NCBI GenBank assembly: GCA_963804825.1
Contig: CAWDRV010000004.1
Span: 271,278-335,277 of the forward strand
Source: an uncultured Planctomycetia bacterium
GTDB taxonomy: Bacteria > Planctomycetota > Planctomycetia > Pirellulales > Thermoguttaceae
Length of the DNA stretch: 64,000 nt
Direction: 5' to 3'
Shown piece by piece: positions 60,406-64,000 of this stretch; position 1 is the stretch's first letter, and every line of letters starts with the position of its first letter. Both the position numbers and the translations under genes were made by a program. A model generated the notes under the pieces. That model saw only the letters and a list, made by a program, of their open reading frames with translations. It made no database searches and was not told the origin of the DNA.

Positions 60406-60461
60406 TGCCTCAAGAAACGACGCGGTGTCAAAGCGGTCTCTTTCCAGAAAGGAGCTGGATC

Positions 60462-61487
60462 ATGTACCGACTGCAAGTGGTAGGGGCGATGGCGATCCTT
60501 GTCCCGTTGCTGGCCGCCGTGCCGGCCGCGTCCCAGGACGCGGGCAGCCCCGCGTTGTCCCCCCAGGAGGCGATTGAGCGGCTGGCGAAGGTCGCTAGAG
60601 TGCTGCCCAAACCGTGGCCAAGGGAACTCGCTGCGCGGGTAACAAAGGCCGAACTACCGAGCGATCTATTTACGATTTTTGAGGGGGAAGCAGTTGAGGG
60701 CGGCGCGCTAGGTTATGGGTTTGAGGACGACAACGGCTGGCCGGCGCTCTATTGGGACATTTCGGGCCTTTCGATTAAGGGAGAGGACTGGTCGGAAGTA
60801 GGCGGTCGCCTCCACAAACGGCTTGAGAAGCTCGGCTACCGCCAGGTGACGCACACAACCTTCCTTTTCGACTGGGCGTTCCACCGCAAGACCGCCGATG
60901 CGGACTTCGTGGTCTTCTTAACGAATGCGGAGCGTGGCGGTGGTGGCAGGATGCCGCCGCTAACCGGTAAGAAGGAGCCCGGCCCAGTTGGCCCGTCATT
61001 TGCCGAACTGCGCGTTCACTGTTGGGTCCGGTCCACGCATCGCTCGTCGCTGCCCACCTACGCCGAGACCCTGCGGGCGATTCCGTCCCTGGAACTGTCT
61101 CAGGGTACAAACCGCCTCATCCCCCCCCAAGTGTTGAAGACGCTCATGGACTGGCCTGTCACTTCCGTACAGACAAGGCCAGGCTCGGAGACGAAGGTTT
61201 GTATTCAGTTCCCCCGTCCGGTGATCTCCCCGGGCAAGGCGTTATATCCGAGAGACCTTGTCGAAGGAATTCCCGATGCCTGCCTAGCGGCCGGTTATAA
61301 TCGCTATAAACCCCTGAATGGTCGGGGCGAGCACGCGGTACGGGTCGAAAAGTTCGACTCCAACGCGCAGCCGGGCGAGTGTGATGGCAGTTCGGTCGAG
61401 ATCGACTCGGAACCACTCGCAGCAAAGGCCATAGTTACAATCAACCTTCAGTATAAAGAGGTGTTGCCTTGGCAAAAGGTCCCTTGA
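60462..61487 (+). CDS. Secreted hypothetical protein (between REP elements)
   Basis: Signal peptide MYRLQVVGAMAILVPLLAAVPAASQ. 341 aa. Confidence 0.5.
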   Translation: MYRLQVVGAMAILVPLLAAVPAASQDAGSPALSPQEAIERLAKVARVLPKPWPRELAARVTKAELPSDLFTIFEGEAVEGGALGYGFEDDNGWPALYWDISGLSIKGEDWSEVGGRLHKRLEKLGYRQVTHTTFLFDWAFHRKTADADFVVFLTNAERGGGGRMPPLTGKKEPGPVGPSFAELRVHCWVRSTHRSSLPTYAETLRAIPSLELSQGTNRLIPPQVLKTLMDWPVTSVQTRPGSETKVCIQFPRPVISPGKALYPRDLVEGIPDACLAAGYNRYKPLNGRGEHAVRVEKFDSNAQPGECDGSSVEIDSEPLAAKAIVTINLQYKEVLPWQKVP

Positions 61488-61500
61488 TGAGGGCAGGGGG

Positions 61501-61582
61501 AAAACCGGGACAGGTCCGGTATTGGCAAAATAGATAATGTAATAAACATCCCAATTATACAATACCGGACCTGTCCCGGTTT
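61501..61582. repeat. REP doublet (two inverted copies of the same REP separated by 34-bp AT-rich spacer)
   Basis: AAACCGGGACAGGTCCGGTATTG at 61501-61523 and CAATACCGGACCTGTCCCGGTTTT at 61558-61582. Confidence 0.7.
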
Positions 61583-61637
61583 TATTCCTTCCGCCCTCCG
61601 CCTTCCTCCTTCCTCCTTCCTCCTGTATGCTGAACGA

Positions 61638-62054
61638 ATGACCCCAACACCCCCCACGGGACCCGATTTTTCCCGCGGCGACGGCCTGCTGCCCGCCATT
61701 GCCCAGGATGCCCAGACGGGCGAGGTCCTGATGCTGGCTTACATGAACGCCGAAAGCTACGCCGAGACCGTGGCGACCGGCCGGGCCGTCTACTACAGCC
61801 GCAGCCGGAAGAAACTCTGGCGGAAAGGCGAGCAGAGCGGCAACGTCCAACGGGTCCGCGCCATTTACCTGGACTGCGACCTGGACACGATCCTGCTCCG
61901 CGTCGAGCAAGTGGGGGGGGCCGCCTGCCACGAAGGTTATAAGAGCTGCTTCTTCCGCCAGGTCGGCCCGGACGGGCTCGACGTGATCGGCCAGCGCGTG
62001 TTCGACCCGGCGGAAGTTTATGGAAAGAAGTCCATGGAAAGAAGTGAACCATGA
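61638..62054 (+). CDS. hisI: Phosphoribosyl-AMP cyclohydrolase
   Basis: [24 protein letters not shown]...[18 protein letters not shown]...[27 protein letters not shown]. Confidence 0.85.
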   Translation: MTPTPPTGPDFSRGDGLLPAIAQDAQTGEVLMLAYMNAESYAETVATGRAVYYSRSRKKLWRKGEQSGNVQRVRAIYLDCDLDTILLRVEQVGGAACHEGYKSCFFRQVGPDGLDVIGQRVFDPAEVYGKKSMERSEP

Positions 62055-62926
62055 GCACCGTCCTGAAACTCGGCATTCCTGCCGGCAGCCTCCAGGAAGC
62101 GACGGCCGAACTGTTTCGCCGCGCCGGCTACAAGATCACGTTCGGCGCCCGGAGCTATTATCCGAGCATCGACGACGAGGAGATCGAGTGCCTGTTGATC
62201 CGCGCCCAGGAGATGGCCCGCTACGTCGAGGACGGCGTATTGGACGCGGGCCTGACGGGCCACGATTGGATCGTTGAGAACGGATCGGACGTTCACGAGG
62301 TGGCGGAGTTGATCTTCTCGAAGGTCAGCCGGCGGCCGGTCCGCTGGGTGCTGTGCGTGCCGGAGGACTCGCCGGTGCGGAGCGTTGAAGACCTCCAGGG
62401 CAAGCGGATCGCCACGGAGGCGGTCGGGCTGACCACGCGCTGGCTGCACGAGCACGGCGTCGCCGCCCGGGTCGAGTTCAGTTGGGGCGCCACCGAGGTC
62501 AAGCCGCCGCGGCTGGCCGACGCCATCGTCGAGGTGACCGAGACCGGCGGCTCGCTGAGGGCGAACAACCTGCGGATCATCGACGAGGTGCTGCAAAGCA
62601 CGCCCCGCTTGATCGCCAATCGCCGGGCGTATGCCGACCCGTGGAAGAAGCAGAAGATCGACGACATCGCGCTGATGCTCCGCGGCGCCATGGCCGCGGA
62701 GGGCAAGGTCGGGCTGATGATGAACGTGCCGCGGGCGAAGCTCAAGCAGGTGCTGGCGCTGCTGCCCGCCTTGCAGCAGCCGACCGTCTCCAGCCTGGCC
62801 GACGAAAACTGGGTCGATGTGAACACGATCCTCGACGAATCGGTCGTGCGCCGGATCATTCCCCGGCTGAAGGCGGCCGGCGCCCGCGGCATCGTCGAAT
62901 ATCCCCTGACCAAAGTGATCGACTGA
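62051..62926 (+). CDS. hisG: ATP phosphoribosyltransferase (long form)
   Basis: [14 protein letters not shown]...[10 protein letters not shown]...[15 protein letters not shown] plus the C-terminal regulatory domain. Start overlaps the hisI stop (ATGA). Confidence 0.9.
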   Translation: MSTVLKLGIPAGSLQEATAELFRRAGYKITFGARSYYPSIDDEEIECLLIRAQEMARYVEDGVLDAGLTGHDWIVENGSDVHEVAELIFSKVSRRPVRWVLCVPEDSPVRSVEDLQGKRIATEAVGLTTRWLHEHGVAARVEFSWGATEVKPPRLADAIVEVTETGGSLRANNLRIIDEVLQSTPRLIANRRAYADPWKKQKIDDIALMLRGAMAAEGKVGLMMNVPRAKLKQVLALLPALQQPTVSSLADENWVDVNTILDESVVRRIIPRLKAAGARGIVEYPLTKVID

Positions 62927-62935
62927 GGACCCCGA

Positions 62936-63408
62936 TGAGCGCGGAAGCCCGGCTTGCGGAAAAACTGAAGGAATTGGGCATCGCCATGCCACCGGCGCCG
63001 GAACCCAAGGGCGTGTACCGCCCGCTGGTCACCCGGGGCGACCTGGTCTATACGTCCGGCCACCTGCCGGTGCAACCGTCCGGCGAGTTGGTTGTCGGGC
63101 GGCTGGGCGCCGAATTGGACGTGCCGGCGGGCTACGCGGCCGCGCGGCTGGCGGGCCTGGCCATCCTCGCCTCGCTCCGCAAGGAGTTGGGCACGCTGGA
63201 CCACGTCCGCCGCGTGCTCAAGGTGTTGGGCGTGGTCAACGGCACGGCCGAATTCACCCAGCAGCCCGCCGTGCTCAACGGATGCAGCGAATTGTTCGCC
63301 GAGGTCTTCGGTCCGGAGGCCGGCGTCGGGGCCCGCAGCGCGATCGGCGTCGCTTCGTTGCCGTTGGGCGTGCCGGTCGAAATCGAAGCGATCTTCGAAA
63401 TCGCGTAA
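62936..63408 (+). CDS. ridA: RidA/YjgF-family reactive-intermediate deaminase
   Basis: Chorismate-mutase-like family pattern. 157 aa. Confidence 0.8.
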
Positions 63409-63493
63409 CGCGAAGTTTTTTGCCGGTCCACGTCGCCTGCAAAACGGCAAGCGAAGGACGGGGATTTTGCGGCAGCAACCCGAGGAACACACC

Positions 63494-64000
63494 ATGTGGA
63501 AGAACGTTGGTTGGGGCATTTTTCTCCTGGCATGTTGGACGGCCGTGTTGGCCGCGGCCGCGGCCGACCAACGGATCGAATATCCCCGCACCCGCCGCGT
63601 CGAGCAGGTGGACGATTATTTCGGCGTCAAGGTGCCCGACCCGTATCGGTGGCTGGAGGACGACGTTCGCAAGTCCCGCGAGGTGGCCGACTGGGTGGCC
63701 GCGGAAAACAAGGTCACGCGGCGCTGGCTGGATTCGATCCCGCAGCGGGAGAAGATCGGCCGTCGGCTGACGGAGCTGTGGAATTTCGCCAAGTACGACG
63801 CGCCTCGAAAGGCCGGCGGACGTTACTATTATCTGAAGAACGACGGGCTTCAGAACCAGCCGGTCCTCTATGTGATGAATTCGCTGGAGGGCCGGCCCCG
63901 GGTCCTCCTCGATCCCAACACGTGGACGAAGGACGGCACGATCGCGCTGGCCGGGCTGGCCGCCAGCGACGACGGCCGGTACCTGGCCTACGCCCGGGCC
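63494..64000 (+). CDS. Prolyl oligopeptidase (S9A) N-terminal region, partial at window end
   Basis: Signal peptide, YPRTRRVEQVDDYFGVKVPDPYRWLEDD...AENKVTRRWLDSIP...YYYLKNDGLQNQPVLYV matches the prolyl endopeptidase N-terminal propeller lead-in. Confidence 0.8.
   Translation, partial: MWKNVGWGIFLLACWTAVLAAAAADQRIEYPRTRRVEQVDDYFGVKVPDPYRWLEDDVRKSREVADWVAAENKVTRRWLDSIPQREKIGRRLTELWNFAKYDAPRKAGGRYYYLKNDGLQNQPVLYVMNSLEGRPRVLLDPNTWTKDGTIALAGLAASDDGRYLAYARA

Overview
This is a 64-kb window of high-GC (roughly 65%) chromosome. Gene content points to Planctomycetota, which is an inference: a Ser/Thr kinase fused to an FGE-sulfatase domain, SBBP/PKD/beta-helix secreted proteins, zinc-ribbon plus TM proteins, several ECF-type sigma factors, and a lid-less HscC-like Hsp70 translationally coupled to a sigma factor. 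Recognisable housekeeping genes are cysK, cysS, gap, a thiH/hydG-type radical SAM enzyme, leuS, hisI, hisG, ridA and an S9 prolyl oligopeptidase. There is also a V4R/RsbU/STAS partner-switching module and an FHA-GAF histidine kinase with its response regulator. The centre of the window (about 19.2-31.0 kb) is an accessory island with lower-GC patches. It holds a truncated tyrosine integrase next to a partial tRNA (att-like), a ParB-like fragment, a HEPN/XRE gene pair with overlapping divergent promoters, and an IS1-family element. Its main feature is a large tRNA gene array (24986-31000) of about 38 tRNA or tRNA-like genes, all on the + strand. The array mixes canonical tRNAs with many non-canonical ones (C at position 33, Leu anticodons on class-I bodies, hairpin-repeat insertions, degenerate copies). 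It is interrupted by an HNH endonuclease gene, an IVS-like four-helix-bundle gene flanked by inverted heptad-repeat arrays, and a 1-kb insertion that duplicates the 5' end of tRNA-Cys. Elsewhere there is a REP-associated tyrosine transposase (RAYT) flanked by REP inverted repeats, a separate REP doublet, and two copies of a nested ~135-bp palindrome at the 3' ends of convergent genes. Caveat: nearly every long conserved gene (leuS, gap, cysK, cysS, thiH, MFS, kinase and others) is split by one or more frameshifts. This looks like indel error in the assembly rather than real pseudogenisation. CDS boundaries and exact tRNA loop sequences should be read with that in mind.
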